Shown piece by piece: positions 1 to 11,813 of a stretch of 64,000 nt of DNA (its first letter is position 1; each line of letters opens with the position of its first letter). The notes under the pieces are model-generated. The model made no database searches, was not told the DNA's origin, and saw nothing but the letters and a program-made list of their open reading frames with translations. Position numbers and translations under genes: made by a program. This stretch comes from Mobula hypostoma (lineage: Eukaryota). The stretch is from contig NC_086097.1 of NCBI RefSeq assembly GCF_963921235.1, positions 105,588,001 through 105,652,000 of the forward strand, written 5' to 3'.

Positions 1-3000
1 CAGAATAAAGTCTAGCTCAGTGTAAGGGCTTGTTCAGTATCAGTACTAGATCACTGTAAGGACTGGATCCGTGTGTGGGCTGGGTCAGTGTAAGGACTGC
101 GTCAGTGTAAGGGCTTGTTCAGTATCAGTACTAGATCACTGTAAGGACTGGATCCGTGTGTGGGCTGGGTCAGTGTAAGGACTGCGTCAGTGTAAGGGCA
201 GGGTCAGTGTAAGGGCTGGCTCAACGTATAGGCTTGGTCAGTGTAAGGGATGGGTCAGTGTAAGGGCTGGTTGAGTGTAATGCCAGGGTCAGTGTAAGTG
301 CTGGATGAGTGTAAGGGCTGGGTCAGTATCAAGACTGGATGAGTGGAAGGGCAGGGTTAGTATAAGGACCTGAACAGTGTAAGGGCTGGGTCAGTATAAG
401 GGTTGGATGAGTGTAATAGCTGGGTCAGTGGAATGACTGGGTCAGTGTATGGGCTGGGTCAGTGTAAGGAGTGGTTCAGTGTAAGGGCTGAATGAGTGTA
501 AGAACTGGGTCAGCGAAAGAACTTGGGCAGTGTAAGGGCAGGGTCTGTGTAAGGGATGGGTCACTGTGCGGGCTGGATGAGTGTAAGGGCTTGGTCAGAG
601 TCAGGACCTGTTCAGTGTAAGGGCTGGGTCAGTGTGTGGGCTGGGTCAGTATAAGAGCTAAGTTAGTGTAAGGACCTGCCCTATGTAAGGGATGGGTCAG
701 TGTAATCGATGGGTCGGTGTCAAGACCTGGTCGGTGTAAGGGCTGGATCCGTGTATGGGCTTGGTCAGTGTAACTGCTGGGTCAGTGTAAGGACCTGAAC
801 AGTGTAAGAGCTGGGTCAGTATAAGGGCTGGATCCGTGTATGGGCTTGGTCAGTGTAACTGCTGGGTCAGTGTAATGCCAAGGTCAGTGTAAGTGCTGGA
901 TGAGAGTAAGGGCTGGGTCAGTGTAAAGACTGGATGAGTGGAAGGGCTGGGTCAGTGTAAGGACCTGAACAGTGTAAGCGCTAGATGAATGTAAGTGCAT
1001 GGTCAATGGAAGGACTGGGTCAGTGTAAGGGATGAGTCAGTATAAGGACCAGAACAGTGTAAGAGCAGGGTCAGTATAAGGGCTGGATGAGTGTAATAGC
1101 TGGGTCAGTGGACGGACTGTGTCAGTATATGGACTGGGTCAGTGTAAGGAGTGGTTCAGTGTAAGGGCTGAATGAGTGTAAGAACTGGGTCAGCGAAAGA
1201 ACCTGGGCAGTGTAAGGGCAGGGTCTGTGTAAGGGATGGGTCAGCGTACGGACTGGATGAGTGTAAGGGCTTGGTCAGAGTCATGACCTGTTCAGTGTAA
1301 GGGCTGGATCAGTGTATGGCCTGGATCAGTGGAAGGGCTGCATCAGGGTCAAGACCTGATCGGTGGAAGGGATTGGTCAGTGCAACTGCTGGGTCAGTCT
1401 TAGGGTGGATCAATGTAAGGACTGGGTCAGTTTAAGGGCATGATCAGTGTATGGGCTGGGTCAGTATATGGGCTGGGTCAGTGTAAGTCTGGCTCAGTGT
1501 ACGGACCTGCCCTATGTAAGGGCTGGAACAGTGTATGGTCTCATTCAGTGTAAGGGTTGGGTCAGTGTGTGGGCCGGGTCAGTGTTACTGCTCGGTCTGT
1601 GTAAGGGCTGGGTCTGTGCAAGAGCTGAGTCAGTGTAAGGGCTGACTTCAGTGTAGCAACTGGGTCAGTATAAGGGCTGCATCATTGTAAGGGCTAGGTC
1701 AGGGTAAGGACTGGGTCAGTGTAATGACTGAATCAGCGTAAGGGTTGGGACAGGGAAATTGCTGGTTCAGTGTAAGGCCTGCGTCAGTATAAGGTCTAGA
1801 TCAGTGTAAGGGCTTGGTCGGTGTCAGTACTAGGTTACTGTAAGGACTGGGTTAGTGTAGGACTGGGTCAGTGTACGGGCTGGGTTAACGTACAGGCTGG
1901 ATGAGTGTAAGGGCTGGTCAGTGTAAGGACCTGGGTAGTGTAAGAGATGGGTCAGTGTAAGGGATGGATGAGTGTAATGCCAGGGTCACTGTTAGGGCTG
2001 GGTCATTGTAAGTGCTGGATGAGTGTAAGGGCTGGATGAGCAGAAGGGCTGGATGAGCAGAAGGGCTGGATGAGCAGATGGGCTGGATCAGTGTAAGGGA
2101 TGGGTCAGTGTATGGGCTGGGTCACTGTAAGGGACGGGACAGTGTGAGGGCTGTCAAAGTGCAAGGGATGGGACAGTGTAAGGGCTGGGTCAGTGTAATG
2201 GCTGGATAAGTGGAAGGCTGGTTCAGTGTAAAGGATGGGTCATTGTAAGGGCTAGCTTAGTGTAAGGGACGGGACAGTGTAAGGGCTGTGTCAGAGTAAG
2301 GACCTGAGCAGTGTAAGTGCTGGTTCAGTGTAAGGCCTGGGTCAGTATAAAGTCTAGATCGGTGTAAGGGCTTGGGCAGTATCAGAACTAGATCACCGTA
2401 AGGACTGGGTCAGTGTGTGGACTGCGTCAGTGTAAGGGCTGGGTCAACGTGCAGGCTGGATCAGTGTAAGGGCTGGATGAGTGTAAGGCCTGGGTCACTG
2501 TAAGGACTGGAGAGTGGAAGGGCTGGGTCAGTGTAAGGACCTGAACAGTGTAAGGGCCAGATGATTGTAAGTGCATGGTCGATGGAAGGACTGGGTCAGT
2601 GTAAGGGATGGGTCAGTGTAAGGACCTGAACAGTGTAAGGGCTGGCTGAGTGTAATAGCTGGGTCAGTGGACGGGCTAGGTCAGTGTATGGGCTGGGTCA
2701 GTGCAAGGAGTGGTTCAGTGTAAGGGCTGAATGAGTGTAAGAACTGGGTCAGCGAAAGAACCTGGGCAGTGTAAGGGCAGGGTCTGTGTAAGGGATGGGT
2801 CAGTGTACGGTCTGGATGAGTGTAAGGGCTTGGTCAGAGTCAGGACCTGTTCAGTGTAAGGGCTGGATCAGTGTATGGGCTTGTTCAGTGTAACTGCTGG
2901 GTCAGTGTAAGGGCTGGGACAGTGTATGGTCTGATTCAGTTTAAGGGCTGGGTCAATGTGTGGGCGGGGTCAGTGTTACTGCTGGGTCTGTATAAGGGCT

Positions 3001-4548
3001 GGGTGTATGCAAGGACTGGGTCAGTGTAAGGGCTGACTTCAGGGTAAGAACTGGGTCAGTGTAAGGGCTGCATCATTGTAAGGGCTAGGTCAGGGTTAGG
3101 ACTGGGTCAGTGTAACGACTGTGTGTGTTGGGTCAGTGTAAGGGCTGGGTCAGTGTGAAGACCTGGTCAGTGGAAGGGCTGGATCAGTATATGGGCTTGG
3201 TCAGTGTAAGGACCTGCCCTATGTAAGGGCTGGAACAGTGTATGGTCTGATTCAGTGTAAGGGCTGGGTTAGTGTAGGTGCTGGGTCAGTGTTACTGCTG
3301 GGTCTGTGCAAGGGCTGAGTCAGTGTAAGGGCTGACTTCAGTGTAGCAACTGGGTCAGTGTAAGGGCTGCATCATTGTGGGGGCTAGGTCAGTGTAAGGA
3401 TTGGGTCCGTGTAAGGGCTGGGTCAACGTACAGGGCTGGTCAGTGTAAGGACCTTGGTAGGGTAAGGACTGGAACAGTGTAAGGGATGGGTCAGTGTAAG
3501 GGATGGGTCAGTGTAAGGGCTGGGACAGTGTAAGTGCTGGATGAGTGAAGGGCTGGTCAGTGTAAGGGTTGGATGAGCAGAAGGGTTGGATGAGCAGAAG
3601 GGCTGGGTCAGTGTAAGGACCTGGCCAGTATAAGAGCTGGGTCAGTATAAGGGCTGGATGAGTGTAATAGCTGGGTCAGTGGACGGACTGGGTCAGTGTA
3701 TGGGCTGGGTCAGTGTAAGGTGTGGTTCAGTGTAAGGGCTGAATGAGTGTAAGAACTGGGTCTGCGAAAGAACCTGGGCAGTGTAAGGGCAGGGTCTGTG
3801 TAAGGGATGGGTCAGTGTGCAGGCTGGATGAGTGTAAGGGCTTGGTCAGAGTCAGGACCTGTTCAGTGTAAGGGCTGGATCAGCGTATGGGCTTGGTCAG
3901 TGTAACTGCTGGGTCAGTGTAAGGGCTGGAACAGTGTATGGTCTGATTCAGTTTAAGGGCTGGGTCAGTGTGTGGGCTGGGTCTGTATAAGGGCTGGGTG
4001 TATGCAAGGACTGGGTCAGTGTAAGGGCTGACTTCAGTGTAAGAACTGGGTCAGTGTAATGACTGGTCCAGTGTATGCGTTGGGTCACTATAAGGCCTGG
4101 GTCACTGTAAGGGCTTGGTCAACGTACGGGCTAGATCAGTGTAAGGACTGGGTCAGAGTAAGGACCTGAGCAGTGTAACAGCTGGGTCTGTCTTAGGGTG
4201 GATCAGTGCAAGGACTGGGTCAGTTTAAGGGCATGATCAGTGTATGGGCTGGGTCACTGTTAGTCTGGCTCAGTGTACGGATCTGCCCTATGTAAGGGCT
4301 GGAACAGTGTATGGTCGCATTCAGTGTAAGGGCTGGGTTAGTGTGTGGGGCCGGGTCAGTATCAGGGCTGGATCGGTGTTACTGCTGGGTCCGTGTAAGT
4401 GCTGGGTTTGTGCAAGAGCTGAGTCAGTGTAAGGGCTGACTTCAGTGTAGCCACTGGGTCAGTATAAGGTCTAGATCAGATTAACTTGGTCAGTGTCAGT
4501 AGTAGATTACTGTAAGGACTGGATCAGTGTAAGGGCTGGGTCAGTGTA

Positions 4549-5158
4549 AACATAGAAACATAGAAAATAGGTGCAGGAGTAGGTCATTCGGCCCTTCGAG
4601 CCTGCACCGTCATTTATTATGATCATGGCTGATCATCCAACTCAGAACCCCGCCCCAGCCTTCCCTCCATACCCCCTGACCCCTGTAGCCACAAGGGCCA
4701 TATCTAACTCCCTCTTAAACATAGCCAATGAACTGGCCTCAACAGTTTCCTGTGGCAGAGAATTCCACAGATTCACCACTCTCTGTGTGAAGAAGTTTTT
4801 CCTAATCTCGGTCCTAAAAGGCTTCCCCTCTATCCTCAAACTGTGACCCCTCGTTCTGGACTTCCCCAACATCGGGAACAATCTTCCTGCATCTAGCCTG
4901 TCCAATCCCTTTAGGATCTTATACGTTTCAATCAGATCCCCCCTCAATCTTCTAAATTCCAACGAGTACAAGCCCAGTTCATCCAGTCTTTCTTCATATG
5001 AAAGTCCTGCCATCCCAGGAATCAATCTGGTGAACCTTCTTTGTACTCCCTCTATGGCAAAGATGTCTTTCCTCAGATTAGGGGACCAAAACTGCACACA
5101 ATACTCCAGGTGTGGTCTCACCAAGGCCTTGTACAACTGCAGTAGTACCTCCCTGCTC
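4549..5158 (-). mobile_element. Young 5'-truncated CR1 LINE (ORF2 C-terminus, 3'UTR and (TTCTATGT)n tail)
   Basis: ORF 4642..5160 reads LYKALVRPHLEYCVQFWSP...FFTQRVVNLWNSLP. The tail appears as AACATAGAAACATAGAAAATAGG on + at 4549. Confidence 0.95.
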
Positions 5159-8100
5159 ACTCTAAAGGCAGGGTAAAGGTACAGGCTGGATCAGTGTAAG
5201 GACCTGGACAGTGTAAGGGCTGGGTCAGTGTAAAGGCTGTATAAGCAGAAGGGCTGGGTCACTAAGGGATAGGTCAGTGTAAGGGCTAGTTCAGTGTAAG
5301 GATGGGACAGTGTAAGGGCTGGGTCAGAGTAAGGACCTGAGCAGTTTAGGGGCATGATCAGTGTATGGGCTGGGTCACTGTAAGTGCTGGTTCAGTGTAA
5401 GGCCTGGGTCAGTATAAAGTTTAGATCAGTGTAAGGGCTTGGTCAGTGTCAGAACTAGATCCTTGTAAGGACTGGGTCAGTGTATGGGCTGGGTCAGTTT
5501 AAGGGCATGATCAGCGTAAGGGTTGGGTCACTGAAAGTGATGGTTCAGTGTGAGGCCTCGGTCAGTATAAAGTCTAGCTCAGTGTAAGGGCTTGGTCAGT
5601 GTCAGTGGTACATCACTGTAAAGACTGTCAGTGTAAGGGCTGGGTCAGTGTAAGGGCTGGGTCAGTGTAAAGGCTGGGACAGTGTAAGGGCTGGGTCACT
5701 GTAAGCACTGGGTCACTGTAAAGGATGGGTCAGGTTAAGGGCTAAGTCAGTGTAAGGGATGGGTCAGTGTAATCGATGGGTCAGTGTCAAGACCTGGTCG
5801 GTGTAAGGGCTGGATCAGTGTATGGGCTTGGTCAGTGTAACTGCTGGGTCAGTGTAAGGACCTGAACAGTGTAAGAGCTGGGTCAGTATAAGGGCTGGAT
5901 CCGTGTATGGGCTTGGTCAGTGTAACTGCTGGGTCAGTGTAATGCCAGGGTCAGTGTAAGTGCTGGATGAGAGTAAGGGCTGGGTCAGTGTAAAGACTGG
6001 ATGAGTGGAAGGGCTGGGTCAGTGTAAGGACCTGAACAGTGTAAGCGCTAGATGAATGTAAGTGCATGGTCAATGGAAGGACTGGGTCAGTGTAAGGGAT
6101 GAGTCAGTATAAGGACCTGAACAGTGTAAGAGCTGGGTCAGTATAAGGGCTGGATGAGTGTAACTGCTGGGTCAGTCTTAGGGCTGGATCAGTGTAAGGA
6201 CTGGGTCAGTTTAAGGGCATGATCAGTGTATGGGCTGGGTCAGTATATGGGCTGGATCAGTGTAAGTCTGGCTCAGTGTACGGACCTGCCCTATGTAAGG
6301 GCTGGAACAGTGTATGGTCTCATTCAGTGTTACTGCTGGGTTTGTGTAAGGGCTGGGTCTGTGCAAGAGCTGAGTCAGTGTAAGGGCTGACTTCAGTGTA
6401 GCGACTGGGTCAGTATGAGGTCTAGATCAGTGTAAGGGCTGGGTCAACGTACAGGCTGGACCAGTGTAAGGGCTGGTCAGTGTAAGGATCTGGGTAGTGT
6501 AAGGGGTGGGTCAGTGTAAGGGCTGGATGAGCAGAAGGGCAGAAGGGCTGGATCAGTGTAAGGGCTGTGGCAGAGTGTGGGCTGGGTCGGTATAAGAGCT
6601 GGGTCAGTGTGACTGCTGAGACTGTGTAAGGGCTGGGACTGCACAAGGGTCAGTGTAATGGCTGACTTGCTGGGTCACTGTAAGGGCTGCAAAACTGTAA
6701 GGGCTAAGTCAGGGTTAGGACTGGTTCAGTGTAACAAATGGATCAGCGTAAGGGTTGGGTCAGTGCAAGTGCTGGTACAGTGTGAGGCCTGGGTCAGTAT
6801 AAAGTCTAGATCAGTGTAAGGGATTGGTCAGTGTCAGTAGTAGATCACTGTAAGGACTGGATTAGTGTAGGACTGAGGGCTGGGTCAGTGTAAGGGCTGG
6901 GTCAGTGTAAGGGATGGGTCAGTGTGAGGGCTAAGTTAGTGTACGGGATAGGACAGTGTAAGGGCTGGGTCAGAGTAAGGACCTGAGCAGTGTAAGGGGT
7001 GGATCAGTGTAAGGGCAGGGTCAACGTACAGGCTGGACCAGTGTATGGGCTGGGTCAGAGTAAGGCTGGGTCAGAGTAAGGCTGGGTCAGAGTAAGGACC
7101 TGAGCAGTGTAAGGGGTGGATCAGTGTATGGGCTGGGTCAGTTTAAGGGCATGATCAGTGTAAGGGCAGGGTCAACGTACAGGCTGGGTCAGTGTATGGG
7201 CTGGGTCAGTGTAAGGGATGGGTCAGTGTAAGGGCTGGTTGAGTGTAATGCCAGGGTCAGCGTAAGTGCTGGGTGAGTGTAAGGGCTGGGTCAGTGTCAA
7301 GACTGGATGAGTGGAAGGGCTGGGTCAGTATAAGAACCTGAACAGTGTAAGGGCTAGGTCAGCATAAGGGCTGGATGAGTGTAATAGCTGGGTCAGTGGA
7401 AGGACTGGGTCAGTGTATGGGCTGGGTCAGTGCAAGGAGTGGTTCAGTGTAAGGGCTGAATGAGTGTAAGAACTGGGTCAACGAAAGAACCTGGGCAGTG
7501 TAAAGGCAGGGTCTGTGTAAGGGATGGGTCAGTGTACGGGCTGGATGAGTGTAAGGGCTTGGTCAGAATCAGGACCTATTCAGCGTAAGGGCTGGATCAG
7601 TGTATGGGCTTGGTCAGTGTACAGGCTGGATGAGTTTAAGGGCTGGGGCAGAGCAAGGACCTGTTCAGTGTAAGGACTGGATTGGTGTATGGGCTTGGTA
7701 AGTGTAAGGGCTGGATCAGTGTATGGTGTGATTCAGTTTAAGGGATGGGTCAGTGTGTGGGCTGGGTCAGTGTTACTGCTGGGTCTGTGTAAGGGCTGGG
7801 TCTGTGCAACCACTGGGTCAGTGTAAGGGCTGACTTCAGTGTAAGAACTGGGTCAGTGTAAGGGCTGCATCATTGTAAGGGCTAGGTCAGGGTTCAGACT
7901 GGGTCAGTGTAACGACTGGATCAGTGTAAGTGTTGGGTCAGTGTAAGGCCTGGGTCAGTGTAAGTACTGGGTCAACGTACGGGCTTGGTCAGTGTAACTG
8001 CTGGGTCAATGTTAGGGCTGGATCAGTGTAAGGACTGGGACAGTTTAAGGGCATGTTCAGTGTATGGGCTGGGTCAGTAAAAGTGCTGTGACTTTGTAAG

Positions 8101-9047
8101 GGATGGGTCTGTGTAAGGGCTGGGAAAGTGTAAGGGATGGGACAGTGTAATGGCTGGATAAGCGGAACGGCTGGTTCAGTTTCAAGAATGGGTCAGTGTA
8201 AGGGCTAGCTTAGTGTAAGGGATGGGACAGTATAAGGGCTGTGTCAGAGTAAGGAGCTGAGCAGTGTAAGTGCTGGTTCAGTGTAAGGCCTGGGTCAGTA
8301 TAAAGTCTAGATCAGAGTAAGGGCTTGGACAGTCTCAATACTAGATCACTGTAAGGACTGTGTCAGTGTAAGGGCTGGGTCGGTATCTGGGCTGAGGCAG
8401 TGTAATGGCTGGGTCAATGTACAGGCTGGATCAGTGTAAGGGCTGGGCCAGTATAAGGGACGGGACAGTGTAAGGGCTGGGTCAGTGTAAGAGATGGGGC
8501 AGTGTAAGGGCTGGGTCAGTCTACTGGCTGGATGAGCGGAAGGACACTGTAAGGACCTGGGTAGTGTAAGGGCTAGGTCAGTGTAAGGAATGGGTCAGTG
8601 TAAGGGCAGGAAGAGTATAATGCCAGGGTCAGTGTAAGGCCTGGGTCAGTGTAAATTCTAGATCAGTGTAAGGGCTCGGTCAGTGTCAGTACTAGATCAC
8701 TGTAAGGGCTGGGTCAGTGTATGGTCTGATTCAGTGTAAGGGCTGGGTTAGAGTAAGTGCTGGGTCAGTATAAGAGCTGGGTCAGTGTTACTGCTGAGAC
8801 TGTGTAATGGCTGGGACTGTGCAAGGGCTGGGTCAGTGTAAAGGCTAACTTCAGTGTAACAACTGGGTAAGTGTAAGGGGTGCATAATTGTAAGGGCTAA
8901 GTCAGGGTTCGGACTGGGTCAGTGTAACAACTAGATCAGCGTAAGGGTTGGGTCAGTGAAAGTGCTGGTTCAGTGTGAGGCCTGGGTCAGTATAAAGTCC
9001 AGATCAGTGTAAGGGCTTGGTCAGTGTCAGTAGTAGATCACTGTAAG

Positions 9048-10931
9048 AAACATAGAAACATAGAAAATAGGTGCAGGAGTAGGCCATTCGGCCCTTCGAG
9101 CCTGCACCGCCATTTATTATGATCATGGCTGATCATCCAACTCAGAACCCAGCCTTCCCTCCATACCCCCTGACCCCTGTAGCCACAAGGGCCATATCTA
9201 ACTTCCTTTTAAACATAGCTAATGAACTGGCCTCAACAGTTTGCTGTGGCAGAGAATTCCACAGATTCACCACTCTCTGTGTGAAGAAGTTTTTCCTAAC
9301 CTCGGTCCTAAAAGGCTTCCCCTCTATCCTCAAACTGTGACCCCTCGTTCTAGACCTCCCCAACATCGGGAACAATCTTCCCGCATCTAGCCTGTCCAAT
9401 CCCTTTAGGATCTTATACGTTTCAATCAGATCCCCCCTCAATCTTCTAAATTCCAATGAGTACAAGCCCAGTTCATCCAGTCTTTCTTCATATGAAAGAC
9501 CTGCCATCCCAGGAATCAATCTGGTGAACCTTCTTTGTACTCCCTCTATGGCAAAGATGTCTTTCCTCAGATTAGGGGACCAAAACTGCACACAATACTC
9601 CAGGTATGGTCTCACCAAGGCCTTGTACAACTGCAGTAGTACCTCCCTGCTCCTGTACTCGAATCCTCTCGCTATAAATGCCAGCATACCATTCGCCTTT
9701 TTCACCGCCTGCTGTACCTGCATGCCCACTTTCAATGACTGGTGTATAATGACACCCAGGTCTCGTTGCACCTCCCCTTTTCCTAATCGGCCACCATTCA
9801 GATAATAATCTGTTTTCCTATTTTTGCCACCAAAGTGGATAACTTCACATTTATCCACATTAAATTGCATCTGCCATGAGTTTGCCCACTCACCCAACCT
9901 ATCCAAGTCACCCTGCATCCTCTTAGCATCCTCCTCACTGCTAACACTGCCACCCAGCTTTGTGTCATCCGCAAACTTGGAGATGCTGCATTTAATTCCC
10001 TCATCCAAGTCATTAATATATATTGTAAACAACTGGGGTCCCAGCACTGAGCCTTGCGGTACCCCACTAGTCACCGCCTGCCATTCTGAAAAGGTCCCGT
10101 TTATTCCCACTCTTTGCTTCCTGTCTGCTAACCAATTCTCCACCCACACCAATACCTTACCCCCAATACCGTGTGCTTTAAGTTTGCACACTAATCTCCT
10201 ATGTGGGACCTTGTCAAAAGCCTTTTGAAAATCCAAATATACCACATCCACTGGTTCTCCCCTATCCACTCTACTAGTTACATCCTCAAAAAATTCTATG
10301 AGATTCGTCAGACATGATTTTCCTTTCACAAATCCATGCTGACTTTGTCCGATCATTTCACCGCTTTCCAAATGTGCTGTTATCACATCCTTGATAACTG
10401 ACTCCAGCAGTTTCCCCACCACCGACGTTAGGCTAACCGGCCTATAATTCCCCGGTTTCTCTCTCCCTCCTTTTTTAAAAAGTGGGGTTACATTAGCCAC
10501 CCTCCAATCCTCAGGAACTAGTCCAGAATCTAACGAGTTTTGAAAAATTATCACTAATGCATCCACTATTTCTTGGGCCACTTCCTTAAGCACTCTGGGA
10601 TGCAGACCATCTGGCCCTGGGGATTTATCTGCCTTCAATCCCTTCAATTTACCTAACACCACTTCCCTACTAACATGTATTTCGCTCAGTTCCTCCATCT
10701 CACTGGACCCTCTGTCCCTTACTATTTCTGGAAGATTATTTATGTCCTCCTTAGTGAAGACAGAACCAAAGTAATTATTCAATTGGTCTGCCATGTCCTT
10801 GCTCCCCATAATCAATTCACCTGTTTCTGTTTGCAGGGGACCTACATTTGTCTTTATCAGTCTTTTCCTTTTTACATATCTATAAAAGCTTTTACAGTCC
10901 GTTTTTATGTTCTTATGTTTTTACGTTTTTA
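9048..10931 (-). mobile_element. Young 5'-truncated CR1 LINE with uninterrupted RT domain; TSD TGTAAG
   Basis: 557-aa ORF 9142..10815 has [29 protein letters not shown] and FADD. TGTAAG occurs at 9042-9047 and 10932-10937. An empty-site monomer TAGATCACTGTAAGGACTGG is present near 6841. Confidence 0.96.
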
Positions 10932-10967
10932 TGTAAGGACTGGGTCAGTGTAGGACTGGGTCAACGT

Positions 10968-11813
10968 TGTTACGTACCCCGTAACTGGGTTGCCAAACCA
11001 GCAGAAATGGATCACTCAGTTGGAGTCTGGAGTACTAGAACTAAGAAAGTTTTATTAAAGAAACAAGCAACACAGTAATCGAAAGGATAATAAATGCAAC
11101 AGTTCAGCGATGATAAACACACATGTGCACAGAATTAAGATAACAGCATCAATCAAGCTCTATCGTTGTCTAGGGGTAAATGACCAAATTTCAAAGTGAC
11201 TCAAAGTTCAGTCCAGTTAGTAGTTCAGTTCGCAGTAATCGTTGCCATGGCGATGGACAACGTGGGGGAAGAGAGAGAGAGAACAGGAACAACTGATCAT
11301 TCAGAACGGCTTCCACTCACAGACCGGCGCTTTTGGGCAGGTCCTTGGTGATGTCACCTGAGGTCACCGACTGTGACCCCTCCTCCAGATGCGGTCGATC
11401 CTCTGCAGTGAACCCGGCACCCAGGCAAGGGCGGACACACACCGGGTTCCCGCTGATCGTACCTTTCCACCCTGGGCGTTGTCTGATACTTCTCACCCAC
11501 TCGTGAGAGGTGCACCGCTTCCAGGGTCTTGTTACCTCGGGTGGCGTGTGTGTCTGTCTTAGCGAACCGGTCCCTTTTTATCCCCCTGCTGGGGTATCGC
11601 CTGTCCATCACTTCAAACAATTCAGGGTTCAAAGGGGGGAGCCGCTCCAGACAGCTCTCTCTCCCCCCCGTCCCTTCATTACACATCTCCAGACACTGCT
11701 CCATTGTTCCTTATCTCTCCTTCCCCTGAGGGCAGGTGGCAGACCACTTGCTGATGTCACTGATGCTAACCCAGGCCAGCAAACATCTTAATTTTATGTG
11801 TATTCTCGTAACA
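10968..11813 (-). mobile_element. Solo LTR (846 bp, probably Gypsy-type) inside the satellite
   Basis: Termini TGTTACG...CGTAACA, 4-bp TSD ACGT (10964-10967 and 11814-11817), AATAAA on the minus strand near 11052. Confidence 0.9.

Noticed and set aside
1447..6646. Short ORFs at 1447, 4244 and 6422
   Set aside because: Chance open frames in satellite monomers.
9119..10228. Antisense ORFs repeated in several places (MIMADHP..., MPPKWITS..., MNLLCTPS...)
   Set aside because: Shadow frames of CR1 ORF2 that recur only because the elements are copies.
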